Position numbers and translations under genes: made by a program
Notes under the pieces: generated by a model
Database searches by the model: none
What the model was told of the DNA's origin: nothing
Seen by the model: only the letters and a program-made list of their open reading frames with translations
Source of the DNA: a virus
Length of the DNA: 64,000 bases
Reading direction: 5' to 3' (one strand)
IMG/VR virus record: IMGVR_UViG_3300044698_000419
Location: 1-64,000 of that record
In this document: one piece after another, positions 54,443 to 63,131 of the stretch
Layout: the number at the start of each line of letters is the position of its first letter
Position numbering within the stretch: position 1 is the first letter of the stretch

Positions 54443-54702
54443 AGCGTCTCTTCGATCATCCGCAGCGCTTCGGCCTTGCCGATCTGGCCCGCCAGAACGA
54501 GCAGTGCCTGCGCCCCCTGTTCGCTCGTCAGGGCGACGATCGTGGACTCCGGGTTCCGGCTGTCGACGGGGACCAGGATGTCGCACCCGTCCACCGCGCC
54601 CAGGCCCTCCAGGAGGATCGGCCGGTCGCCGTAGATGCTGTCCTCCAGGTCGGCGTCGGCGTTCCCGATCCTCGCCTCGTGGTCGATCTCGCTGTAGTGC
54701 AT
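54439..54702 (-). CDS. Hypothetical protein
   Basis: RBS GGAGAAG. Confidence 0.6.
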   Translation of the reverse strand: MHYSEIDHEARIGNADADLEDSIYGDRPILLEGLGAVDGCDILVPVDSRNPESTIVALTSEQGAQALLVLAGQIGKAEALRMIEETL

Positions 54703-54770
54703 TTCTTCTCCCTCTCCGTGAGATTCCACGGCGAAGGCGCGGCCCGCAGGCCACGCCCCACCGAAGCGCC

Positions 54771-54956
54771 TCAGTCCTGTCGTTCTTCCGGCTTCCGGAT
54801 CTCGACCTCGGCCGGTCCCCGCCACTGCGGAGGGTTCTCCGTCAGGAAGTCCGCGACCCGGCGCTGGACGATCTCCGCCAGGTGCCGGTCGCTCCGACTG
54901 TGGAAGCCGTCCGACTTCGGGAGCCGGATCACGATCTCGAACTCGTTGCCGCTCAT
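54771..54956 (-). CDS. Hypothetical protein
   Basis: ATGA coupling. Confidence 0.55.
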   Translation of the reverse strand: MSGNEFEIVIRLPKSDGFHSRSDRHLAEIVQRRVADFLTENPPQWRGPAEVEIRKPEERQD

Positions 54957-55555
54957 CGCTCACCCTTCCCGTTGTCCAGGATCATGGCGTTCGGGTCCCA
55001 GCCGCCGTCGCCCCGCTCGATGTAGCAGGAGACCGACGTGGCCGACTGGCCCCGGGTGGCGACCCATGCCGGAGCGAGAACGGCCCCGAAGTAGAAGCCC
55101 TTCTTCGCGTTGTTGCGGTCCCGGACCTTCTCGCTCTGTGCCTGCGACTCGTTGAAAGTGGCTCCGGTGCGGTTCCCTTCGTCGTCCAGGAGGGACCAGA
55201 AGGCCCCGTACTGGCCGTACACCTCCTTCGCCGGAACTAGGTTGCCCTCCAGGTCGAAGAGGGCGGAGAAGGACCACATGCCGCCGTTCTCGGCGACGTC
55301 GGCGCGCAGCCGGTACTTCTCGGCGGTGATCCCGCTCGCCCACTGGGAGAGGAACCCGTCGGTGTCGCACCGGTCGAAGGAGTCGGCCGCGTCCCGGTCC
55401 TTGCCTTTCGCCATCTCCCGGAGTTCAGCCGCCTTCTTGCGTGCGGCCTCCACGTCGTACTCGAAGCCGACCTGGGCGGCGAACGGAAGGTTCAGGCCCG
55501 TCTCCTCGGCCATCTCCTTCGCCAACACCGTCTCCTCCTCGCGCGTCATTGCCAT
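54953..55555 (-). CDS. Hypothetical protein
   Basis: SFDRCDTDGFLSQWA; codon bias. Confidence 0.7.
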   Translation of the reverse strand: MAMTREEETVLAKEMAEETGLNLPFAAQVGFEYDVEAARKKAAELREMAKGKDRDAADSFDRCDTDGFLSQWASGITAEKYRLRADVAENGGMWSFSALFDLEGNLVPAKEVYGQYGAFWSLLDDEGNRTGATFNESQAQSEKVRDRNNAKKGFYFGAVLAPAWVATRGQSATSVSCYIERGDGGWDPNAMILDNGKGER

Positions 55556-55572
55556 GCCGTGTCCCCTTTCCG

Positions 55573-55770
55573 TTACGAGATGGTGAAAGACCCAAGCCGG
55601 ACGGACTTCGCTCCCTTGTCGGCGAGCGTGTCCACCAGGAGTTTCGGGTCTTCGGTGAAGTTCTTCCGGTCGATCTCGACACGTTCTCCCGGGCTGCTGG
55701 CGCCCGGGTACAGCTCGGGATCGACCTCGTACTCGAAGACGACCGTGACCCGGATGAACTCTCCGGCCAT
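55573..55770 (-). CDS. Hypothetical protein
   Basis: TGATG coupling. Confidence 0.6.
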   Translation of the reverse strand: MAGEFIRVTVVFEYEVDPELYPGASSPGERVEIDRKNFTEDPKLLVDTLADKGAKSVRLGSFTIS

Positions 55771-56225
55771 CAGCCCTCCCTGACGTTCAGCCCGTACACG
55801 TGGACATCCGCAGCACTGTCGCCCAGCCAGTGCTGCACCAGGTGAGCGACCTCCCGCTTCGGAAGGCCGCCGAGCCCGCAGCCGAGCGGGGGGAGGGCGA
55901 CCGAGGCGAGGCCCGTCTCGTCCAGGTACCGGCGCAGCCCGGCCAGCCCGGCGGACACGTCGTAGATGTGGGACGAATCCTTCCAGTGCCGCTTGGTGGC
56001 CACGTTCAGGATCCTCTTCCCGCCCGGCAGGAGGATGTCGTGAACCACGCCGGGCCGCATCTTCCCCGCCTCACAGAAGGCCGTGTACTCCCGCATCTGC
56101 ACGGGCCAGCGGTTGCGGAACTGAAGCGCCAGCCCGGCCCCGGCCACGCCGACGCAGTTCACGGCGTTGACCAGACCCAGGGCTGGGGACTCGAAGAGAT
56201 CCCCCTCCGCCTTAATCAGGGTCAC
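55770..56225 (-). CDS. Macrodomain protein (DarG/Poa1p-like ADP-ribose hydrolase)
   Basis: GDLF, VNAVNCVGVAGAGLA, TK.HW, ALPPLGCGLGGL. Confidence 0.9.
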   Translation of the reverse strand: MTLIKAEGDLFESPALGLVNAVNCVGVAGAGLALQFRNRWPVQMREYTAFCEAGKMRPGVVHDILLPGGKRILNVATKRHWKDSSHIYDVSAGLAGLRRYLDETGLASVALPPLGCGLGGLPKREVAHLVQHWLGDSAADVHVYGLNVREG

Positions 56226-56557
56226 GACGCGTCCGCCTTCCAGATGTCGATGCTCTCCTCGGTCATCATGTCGATCCAGTCGGAGAGGTGGATCAGCCAG
56301 TGGCCGCCGATCGTGAGACCGGGGATCTGGTCGTGCAGCGTCAACCCCTTCTCCCGGGGTGCGTGGATGACCGAACCGGCACGGTAGGAGACCAGCGGGC
56401 GCAGCCCGTGCGGGGTGTGCTCCTGGACTTCGAGCAGGCTGTCGTAGCCGAACCGTCCGGACTTCTCCTCCAGGTGCATGGTCAGCCGCAGCAGCGTACC
56501 GTCCTGGGCGGGGAGGTCCATGGCGACGGACTCGGGGCTCTTCTTCATGTCCCGCAC
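56222..56557 (-). CDS. Hypothetical protein
   Basis: Coupled. Confidence 0.6.
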   Translation of the reverse strand: MRDMKKSPESVAMDLPAQDGTLLRLTMHLEEKSGRFGYDSLLEVQEHTPHGLRPLVSYRAGSVIHAPREKGLTLHDQIPGLTIGGHWLIHLSDWIDMMTEESIDIWKADAS

Positions 56558-56558
56558 C

Positions 56559-56855
56559 TCAGTTGTAGGGAACGATCAGGATGTAGAGCGCGCCCGGCAG
56601 GCGGCCTGTGACGACCAGATTGTTCAGCATGACCATCACGCCGGGCTGGTTCTCTCCACTGTCCCGCCAGAGCTGGATGGCCATGATCTCGGGGACTGAC
56701 GGATAGCAGTACCGCAGGTCGAAGACGTGTCGGGATCCGTCCTCCGGGTTTCCCAGCGCCGCCATCACGTCGTACTCGCGGCCGAACTGGTCCGAGATTT
56801 CCCGCTGCGCCTCGCGGAGCAGCACGGTCTCAGCCTCGATCTTCTCGGTTTCCAT
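56559..56855 (-). CDS. Hypothetical protein
   Basis: RBS GAGGAG. Confidence 0.6.
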   Translation of the reverse strand: METEKIEAETVLLREAQREISDQFGREYDVMAALGNPEDGSRHVFDLRYCYPSVPEIMAIQLWRDSGENQPGVMVMLNNLVVTGRLPGALYILIVPYN

Positions 56856-56872
56856 CTTCTCCTCATTCCGAA

Positions 56873-56892
56873 TGGCCTAGGTCACAAGATAC
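56873..56892 (-). promoter_or_regulatory. -10-like TATCTT plus operator TGACCTAGGCCA
   Basis: Exact operator after terminator. Confidence 0.6.
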
Positions 56893-56895
56893 GCA

Positions 56896-56927
56896 GAAGG
56901 GGCCCCGGTCGCAACCAGAGCCCCTTC
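56896..56927. terminator. Hairpin terminator
   Basis: GAAGGGGC...GCCCCTTC. Confidence 0.6.
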
Positions 56928-56941
56928 CCGTGCCGTTGGCG

Positions 56942-57169
56942 TCAGACGGCGACCATACGCACGCAGGCGAGCGCCAGGAGGATCGCGTTCTCCTCACCGG
57001 CACGCAGGGCGCGCTCGACCTCGACGTAGAACTCCCGGTCGGCAGTGTCGGCGTCGGCCTCGATCTTGTCGGAGAGCATCCCCGACACCCACTCCAGGGT
57101 GTCGGTCGGCAGGCCGGGGAAACCCCGGGCGATCTGCGAACGGATCTCTTCGCGGCTGGGCAGCTTCAC
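56942..57169 (-). CDS. Hypothetical protein downstream of hammerhead 3
   Basis: GTG behind AAGGAGAAG. Confidence 0.6.
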   Translation of the reverse strand: MKLPSREEIRSQIARGFPGLPTDTLEWVSGMLSDKIEADADTADREFYVEVERALRAGEENAILLALACVRMVAV

Positions 57170-57192
57170 GTTCTTCTCCTTCTCGTTCTTCA

Positions 57193-57265
57193 CTGACGGC
57201 CATCGTCAGGCGGGGCTTCCGTTCGCCCCGCGACCCCCTCTCAGGGGTTTCGGCCTCGGAGTCAG
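57193..57265 (-). ncRNA. Hammerhead ribozyme (type II), HHR3
   Basis: CUGAC-UCCGA-GGCC GAAA CCCCU-GAGA-GGGGG UC GCGGGGC-GAACGGAA-GCCCCGC CUGACGA U GGCC-GUCAG; predicted cut 57232/57231. Confidence 0.9.
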
Positions 57266-57726
57266 CGCCAGTTCTTGCGGGCCTCGTTGACGACCTCCTC
57301 GGCGTCGGCCAGCGCGGCGGCCAGCCGGTACACCGAGCCCATCCCGGGGGTGCTGAGCGAGCTGATCCCCAGCAGGCCGCGCACCCGGGAGTAGGCGGCC
57401 GTCACCGAGAAGCATCCCGGACTCCGGGTGCACGGCCGGTGCGTGCCCCGGTCGAGCTGGCCCAGCTCCCGGCGCAGCTCCTCCCCGTACTTCAGCTTCC
57501 GGCGGGCCTTGCCCTCCGGCGTGGCGTACGCCTGAAGCACTTCGACGTGCGGGTGACCGGGGTCGACGACCCACCCCTCCCGCTCGACGTAGTCACGCAT
57601 GGAGTCGACGTAGGAGGTGGCGATCTTCCGCATCACCGGATATGCGTCGTTCCACAGTCCGGCGATCTCGGCGGCGGCCTCCCCGGAGAGGGGGCTGTGA
57701 TCCTGGACGACGGGCGCGGTGACCAC
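57262..57726 (-). CDS. Hypothetical protein
   Basis: Stop codon inside HHR3 stem II. Confidence 0.6.
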   Translation of the reverse strand: MVTAPVVQDHSPLSGEAAAEIAGLWNDAYPVMRKIATSYVDSMRDYVEREGWVVDPGHPHVEVLQAYATPEGKARRKLKYGEELRRELGQLDRGTHRPCTRSPGCFSVTAAYSRVRGLLGISSLSTPGMGSVYRLAAALADAEEVVNEARKNWR

Positions 57727-57727
57727 G

Positions 57728-58021
57728 TCAGACCTCGCCGTGGTATTCGTACGCCTTCGCGTTCTCCAGGGCGTCGTAGGCGTTCATCCCCGAGAGGATG
57801 CTCTCGTAGAAGCCGTCCTTGTTCTCGGTTCCGAGGAGCTTGAGGGTGGCGACCAGCGCCTCGTTGAGGTGGTGGTAGGGGGTGCCGCCGTTGCGGCCGT
57901 CCTGTACCACCATGGGCAGTTCGTCGATCACGTTCCACTTGTAGAGCAGGTCGGCCAGCTCCTTGGCCGCTGCCAGCATGTGGATCTCCCGCATCGTGAG
58001 GTCTTCAGCCGTCTTCGCCAT
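57728..58021 (-). CDS. Hypothetical protein
   Basis: RBS GAGGAG. Confidence 0.65.
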   Translation of the reverse strand: MAKTAEDLTMREIHMLAAAKELADLLYKWNVIDELPMVVQDGRNGGTPYHHLNEALVATLKLLGTENKDGFYESILSGMNAYDALENAKAYEYHGEV

Positions 58022-58125
58022 CGTCTCTTTCTCCTCTTCCGGTTTGTTCGGGGTTGTTCAGCGGTTGTCGCGTCGGATGATGAACATCGCGAACAGCGTG
58101 GTGATTGCGCGCAGGGCGTGCTCCA

Positions 58126-58440
58126 TCAGGTCTTGCTCCTTCTTTTCCCGAGTTCGATGATCTCTTCGACCAGGTTCAGGCCGGTTCGCTCTCCTGCCGT
58201 TCCGGGCTTCATCGCCCGGCCCCACCGCGCCGCCTCGTAGAAGGCTTCCAGCGCCCTCCACTCGACCGTCACGGTGACCAGGCAGGTCCCCGTGCAGTCG
58301 GGCCGCGTGCAGTGCTTCCCGTGCTGCCCCGTGCGATCCGGGTACAACTCGTCCCGCTCGGGCGGCGGCGGGCAGGTGCAGGGCTCGCTCCCGATCCCCG
58401 TGCAGCACGTCCCGTCGCAGCCCCGGCATCCGTAGCTCAC
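58126..58440 (-). CDS. Cys-rich hypothetical protein
   Basis: GCRGCDGTCCTG..CTC; coupled. Confidence 0.55.
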   Translation of the reverse strand: MSYGCRGCDGTCCTGIGSEPCTCPPPPERDELYPDRTGQHGKHCTRPDCTGTCLVTVTVEWRALEAFYEAARWGRAMKPGTAGERTGLNLVEEIIELGKRRSKT

Positions 58441-58739
58441 GACCCCGCCCTCTCCACGTCCCGCTCGCAGCGGGCGATGAGCGACGATCCGTTGCGGACC
58501 ACGTCCATCAGGGCCGTGTCGTCGTGGGCGACCGGCTTCAGGTGGGCCGGGTCCCGGTCGGTGTAGCGGCCCAGCGTCTCCAGCAGGAAGATGAACCGCC
58601 ACTGCGTCATGTCGGCGCCGACGCCGGTCTGTCTGCTCTCGCCGTTCTCGATCATCTGGACCATGCGGGCGAACACGGCGGTCTCCTCGACCAGCCACCG
58701 CTCGAAGTCCTTCTGATCGTGGACGATGGGCGGCCTCAT
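58437..58739 (-). CDS. Hypothetical protein
   Basis: Coupled. Confidence 0.6.
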   Translation of the reverse strand: MRPPIVHDQKDFERWLVEETAVFARMVQMIENGESRQTGVGADMTQWRFIFLLETLGRYTDRDPAHLKPVAHDDTALMDVVRNGSSLIARCERDVERAGS

Positions 58740-59158
58740 CGCCGGGTCTCCCGGATCTCCATCCCCGCCCTGCACTGGGGGTATCCGGGGCACGGCTCCA
58801 TGACCGGCTTCATCGCCCGGTGCGGCGGCTTCCTGCCGGTGTCGTGGTGCGGGCAGACCAGGCGCGAGGGGTAGTACCCGTCGAAGTCCTTGTGGTCGGG
58901 GTCCAGCATGTTCAGCACGGTCTCGCTCAGCAGGATGACGTCCTGCGGTACGTCGCCGCGCTGCTTGACGGCGTGACGGAACGCGTCCCGCAGCCCCCGT
59001 ACCGCCTCCCGCATTCCGGCCTCGGCGACCCGCTGCTGGTATGGCAGGATCACGTCCTCCGGGAACACCGCGCGCAGGAAGTCGGCCACCTGGTCCGGCT
59101 TCGCCTTCCATCCCGGCGTGCGGATGGTGATCTCGTCCCACTCGTTGACGTCCTTCAT
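58736..59158 (-). CDS. Hypothetical protein
   Basis: RBS AAGGAG; coupled. Confidence 0.6.
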   Translation of the reverse strand: MKDVNEWDEITIRTPGWKAKPDQVADFLRAVFPEDVILPYQQRVAEAGMREAVRGLRDAFRHAVKQRGDVPQDVILLSETVLNMLDPDHKDFDGYYPSRLVCPHHDTGRKPPHRAMKPVMEPCPGYPQCRAGMEIRETRR

Positions 59159-59541
59159 GCCTTCTTCTCCTTCACGAAGATGTTGACCACGGCGCCGCTG
59201 TCGTGGACTCCGTCCCGGACGGGGGCGTACCGATTCGGCAGCGCGAAGTCGCCCTCGAAGTCGAAACGCTCCCGCAGGAGCAGAATCAGGTCCAGCTTCA
59301 GGAGGGAGACGTTGATCCGGTTGTCGCTCCGGATCGTCTCGCAGGCGTTGCACCGGCCCATCAGGCGAGTCCCGAGACTGGGCCCCTTGTTCGTGCACCG
59401 CTCGCACTTGGACTCGGTGGGGGCCAGCTTGATGCGGCAGCTCCCGCCGGTATGCGCCGTGACGGAGATCTTCACCCCGTCCGGGTCCCCGTAGCCGTTG
59501 TCGTCGATCCAGTCCCGCACCGTGGCGAGAAATGCGTTCAC
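59155..59541 (-). CDS. Hypothetical protein with two CxxC
   Basis: CERC, CNAC. Confidence 0.6.
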   Translation of the reverse strand: MNAFLATVRDWIDDNGYGDPDGVKISVTAHTGGSCRIKLAPTESKCERCTNKGPSLGTRLMGRCNACETIRSDNRINVSLLKLDLILLLRERFDFEGDFALPNRYAPVRDGVHDSGAVVNIFVKEKKA

Positions 59542-59747
59542 GTCCTCTTCTCCTTCCGCTCCCATCGCCCGTGCGACCAGCACCAGGCGGTTCCCTTGAT
59601 CACCGGGCTGCCGGGCAGCCAGGTCTGGACGGTGTCCCGGTTTTCGATCCGGGGCCGTTCCGTGTAGTCCATCTCCTCGTGGATGCAGTCCTCGCCGGGC
59701 TCGGGGACCTCCCGGTTCAGGCGTTCCGTCGTGGTCTCTGCGGTCAC
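59538..59747 (-). CDS. Hypothetical protein
   Basis: Coupled. Confidence 0.5.
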   Translation of the reverse strand: MTAETTTERLNREVPEPGEDCIHEEMDYTERPRIENRDTVQTWLPGSPVIKGTAWCWSHGRWERKEKRT

Positions 59748-60079
59748 AGCGCCGCCTTGGCAACCCGGATCATCCGGTCGAACGCCTCGGGGGTGATGAG
59801 TCCGGCGTTCGTCCACAACGCCGTGTTCCTGTCCATCGCCTCCGTCAGGATCTTGCGGGTCATGGCGATCTCGTCGCCGCTCTCGATGTCCCGCAGCGTC
59901 GTGCCGCCGATGTAGGTGTCGTACAGGTCGGCCCGGCGAACGAACTCGTCGATCGTCTCGTCGTCGATCCGCCGGATCCCGGTGGCCCCGGTCAGGTACA
60001 CGATCACGCTCAGCTCGGGGCTCATCGGATCCGGGACCGGAACCGTCTCGCCGTTGCTCTTCTCGAAGTACGCCCTCAC
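59744..60079 (-). CDS. Hypothetical protein
   Basis: Leader CGGAAAGGGGAG. Confidence 0.6.
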   Translation of the reverse strand: MRAYFEKSNGETVPVPDPMSPELSVIVYLTGATGIRRIDDETIDEFVRRADLYDTYIGGTTLRDIESGDEIAMTRKILTEAMDRNTALWTNAGLITPEAFDRMIRVAKAAL

Positions 60080-60164
60080 CCTTGCTCCCCTTTCCGTTCT
60101 CCTGCCACGGCGGCAGTACGGCAGACGCACGGACCTGAGCCCGTGCGCCGCCGAGCCGAAGCCG

Positions 60165-60542
60165 TCAGCCCTTCGCCTCACGTTCGGTGCGGGCACTCAC
60201 CTTGAGAAGGCCCGCGAAGTGCCCTTTCAGTGCCTCTCCCATCGCGGTGTTGCACTCCAGGACCCTGCTGACCTTCTCGGAGAAGGCCCGGCGCTCCTCG
60301 ACGGTCCGCATGGCGTACGCCGCTGCCGTCAGGCCGTCCGTGAGGTGTTCCTGGTAGCGCCTGATCACCATGTAGACGGCCCAGTCCCGGCTCCCGCCGT
60401 TGCAGATCAGTTCATCCGTGGTGGAGCCGGACCACTCGATCCAGCCGTCCCAGACCCCCGTCTGCGGGTCCCATTCCTGGACGTAGCCGATGCGGCCGGA
60501 GACCGGGAGCTGGATCTCGTTCGGGTCGGTGGACATCACCAT
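60165..60542 (-). CDS. Hypothetical protein
   Basis: Codon bias. Confidence 0.6.
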   Translation of the reverse strand: MVMSTDPNEIQLPVSGRIGYVQEWDPQTGVWDGWIEWSGSTTDELICNGGSRDWAVYMVIRRYQEHLTDGLTAAAYAMRTVEERRAFSEKVSRVLECNTAMGEALKGHFAGLLKVSARTEREAKG

Positions 60543-60549
60543 CGCGGGG

Positions 60550-61092
60550 TCACAGCTCCTGGGTTTCGTACGCGGCGTTCTCGGCGGCGTGGATCTGGTC
60601 CCCGAACGCCTTGCCGACCAGCCACGCGTCGTCGTACCGGTCGTTGAAGTAGTGGTCGGCCACCTGCGAGGCGAGGTGCACCGTGGCCGCCGTGAGCGAG
60701 CACCAGTTGAAGCCCCAGAAGGTACCGCCCTGGTGCGGCAGCAGCTTCTCGTTCGTGGTGTAGCCGAGCGAGCAGAAGGTGGTGGCGAACCGCTCGCACT
60801 GGTCCTTGGTGTCCACCTGATAGAAGGGCTTGGTGGTGATCTTCTTGCCGTTCCACGAACCGTTGTCGATGTGCAGGATCTGGCGCTTGCTGGTGTGGTC
60901 CTCCTGCGGGACCGGGAAGTCGGTCCCCGCCGGGTAGTACGTGAAGAGGCCGTTCAGCTCGGGCTCGATCGAGATCGCCAGGATCCAGCCGGTCTTACGG
61001 GTGCGGGACTTCTTGCTCTCCGGCATCTCCGCGTACGGCCACGCCGAGGTCTTCCGGATGCCCTTGGGGAGGGACTGAATGCGTGCGCCCAT
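60550..61092 (-). CDS. Hypothetical protein
   Basis: RBS AAGGAG. Confidence 0.7.
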   Translation of the reverse strand: MGARIQSLPKGIRKTSAWPYAEMPESKKSRTRKTGWILAISIEPELNGLFTYYPAGTDFPVPQEDHTSKRQILHIDNGSWNGKKITTKPFYQVDTKDQCERFATTFCSLGYTTNEKLLPHQGGTFWGFNWCSLTAATVHLASQVADHYFNDRYDDAWLVGKAFGDQIHAAENAAYETQEL

Positions 61093-61548
61093 CGTGATCT
61101 TCTCCTTGTTCCAGGTCTCGTGCGGTACGTTCCATGTCGCCCCACCGGGAGACGGCACGGGTCAGGGGTCCCGGACTGAAAGCGGTCCGAGGTGTGGACC
61201 AGGCCCGCTTCCAGCTCTGCTCGAACTCTTCGGCGAGCCGAGCAGCACGCTCTTCTCCGGCGTGCTGCTGTGCGCCATCCTCTTCAGGAGGGAGGAGAAC
61301 TCCGCCTTCTCCTTCAGTGTCATCCGGTCCCAGGCGAGCATGTCTTCCGCGCGGCGGACCGATGCGCCCCACCGTTCGTCGAACTCCTCGCCCGGATCCG
61401 TCACGACCGCTGGGGGTGCTGCTTGGCACCGTCCCTCCGCTGCTCCAGACCCTTCTCGTGCTCGGGGTCGTCGCTCGTCTTCACTGCGTTCTCCTCGGCG
61501 GCTTGCTCCGGTCGGTGATGTCCCGCTCGGGCATCCTCCCCTCATCCT

Positions 61549-61851
61549 TCACGGCCTGTCCTCCACCCGGACCGAGACGAACGTATCGAACGTCACCTCG
61601 GGGACCAGCTCGCCGTCGTCGGCCAGAACCTCCCAGTTGGCACGGTCCGTCAGCCTGGTGATGCGCCCCTGGTAGAAGGTGCCGTGATCCTCCCGGACGG
61701 CGACGCGCAGGATCTCGTTGCCCTTCAGACCGTCCCACAGGATCACCAGGGCCCGGCGGTTCACCGGACTGCGGAAGTCCTCGAACGCCTTGAGCTGCTG
61801 CGCGGCCCTTTCCAGCTCGTCCCGGAGCCGACCGATGTGCGTGCGTGCCAT
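61549..61851 (-). CDS. Hypothetical protein
   Basis: Leader CGGAAAGGGG. Confidence 0.65.
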   Translation of the reverse strand: MARTHIGRLRDELERAAQQLKAFEDFRSPVNRRALVILWDGLKGNEILRVAVREDHGTFYQGRITRLTDRANWEVLADDGELVPEVTFDTFVSVRVEDRP

Positions 61852-61926
61852 GTTCCGTTCCCCTTTCCGCTCCCGGTCTGAGAGCACTCCGCGAACGGCC
61901 GGTCTCCCGGCCGCCACGGGGCACCA

Positions 61927-62202
61927 TCAGTTCTTGGTGTCTATCAGCAGTTCGATCGCGGTCATCATGACCCGCAGGGTGATGTCCTTCTGCTGCTCGG
62001 GCGTCCCGTACTCCTTCAGTACGCCCTGCTGCCGGGGCTTCAGCCCCTCCATCGCGAACGCCCCGTCCAGGGCTTCCGCGTACGCGATGTGCTCGGGTTC
62101 GCCGTTCCGTGCGATGTCGTCTCCCTGTGCCCGGCGCACCCGGCACAGTTCGATCCACTTCTCGGCGGCATCCACGATCCACATGTCCTCGGGGATCTTC
62201 AC
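61927..62202 (-). CDS. Hypothetical protein
   Basis: GTGA coupling. Confidence 0.6.
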   Translation of the reverse strand: MKIPEDMWIVDAAEKWIELCRVRRAQGDDIARNGEPEHIAYAEALDGAFAMEGLKPRQQGVLKEYGTPEQQKDITLRVMMTAIELLIDTKN

Positions 62203-62573
62203 TTCGCGTACTCCTTCATCTCCGGGAAAGCGTCGGTGACCAAGTCCCGCAGCCATCCCCAGGCGTACTCGGTGCGCATCTCGCCGATGTCGTCGGCCCA
62301 GGTCGACAGGTTCGTCCCCCAGTAGGAGAACTGCTCCCGGTAGATCTTCAGGATCTCCGCCTGCGTGAGACTGGCCGGAAGGTTCTCGGGGCGGTCGCTG
62401 TCCCGTTGGTCGTCCTCCGTCACCTCGTTGCGGAAGTACTCGCTCCCCAGCCCCCGCACCAGGTCGAAAACCTCCAGCTCCAGCCGGATCGACGTCACCA
62501 CCCATGCGGCGGGGCGCTCGAATCCCGCACCGTCGGTCGACGTTCCTTTGTGAACCGTGATCTCTCGTGCCAC
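62199..62573 (-). CDS. Hypothetical protein
   Basis: RBS AAGGAG. Confidence 0.65.
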   Translation of the reverse strand: MAREITVHKGTSTDGAGFERPAAWVVTSIRLELEVFDLVRGLGSEYFRNEVTEDDQRDSDRPENLPASLTQAEILKIYREQFSYWGTNLSTWADDIGEMRTEYAWGWLRDLVTDAFPEMKEYAK

Positions 62574-62590
62574 GTTCTTCTCCTTCTTCG

Positions 62591-63052
62591 TCAGACCGAG
62601 TCCCGCATCCGGTACTTGTTGTCCTTGTCGGGCGTCTCGCCAGGCTCCAGGATCCACAGGGCCTGGATGAACACCCGGCCCCCGCTGTAGAGGTCCAGAG
62701 CCAGGCCGTACCGCAGGCCCGTCTCCTTGGTCTCGCTGTACCGCCTCATCGTTCTCACGTGAGGACCGGCGGCCGACTGCCCGATCCAGGCCGCGATGGA
62801 CGCCTCGACGTCCGCGCACACCAGTAGATCCGGCTCGGCCGGGACCGCTTCGGGATATGCCGCCGGAGGTCCGTCTCCGGCGAGCTGGCCGTCCTTCTGT
62901 ATGGCCACCTGCCAGGCGATGCGGGCACCATGCCGTCCCGTCACGATGAACCCGTGCTCCACGCCTGATCCCGACTTACCCTCGGCAGGCTTGACCGATG
63001 CTCCCGGAATCTCCAATTCCCGGAACAGGGCCGGGAATTCACTGGCCTCCAC
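62591..63052 (-). CDS. Hypothetical protein
   Basis: RBS GGAGAGG downstream of operator. Confidence 0.6.
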   Translation of the reverse strand: MEASEFPALFRELEIPGASVKPAEGKSGSGVEHGFIVTGRHGARIAWQVAIQKDGQLAGDGPPAAYPEAVPAEPDLLVCADVEASIAAWIGQSAAGPHVRTMRRYSETKETGLRYGLALDLYSGGRVFIQALWILEPGETPDKDNKYRMRDSV

Positions 63053-63068
63053 GCTTCTTTCCTCTCCT

Positions 63069-63085
63069 TGACCTAGGCCATCGTA
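63069..63085 (-). promoter_or_regulatory. -10 TACGAT plus operator TGGCCTAGGTCA
   Basis: Exact operator after terminator 63093..63116. Confidence 0.65.
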
Positions 63086-63131
63086 CAACGAAGGGGCCCG
63101 CCGTCAAGCGGGCCCCGTGAGTCCGTTCCGT

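Noticed and set aside
58205-58820. 15-bp repeat GGCTTCATCGCCCGG in two ORFs
   Set aside because: Single short GC-rich match encoding RAMKP; likely chance or an old recombination scar.
61162-61545. CDS in this gap
   Set aside because: Several overlapping frames and no confident start; left uncalled.
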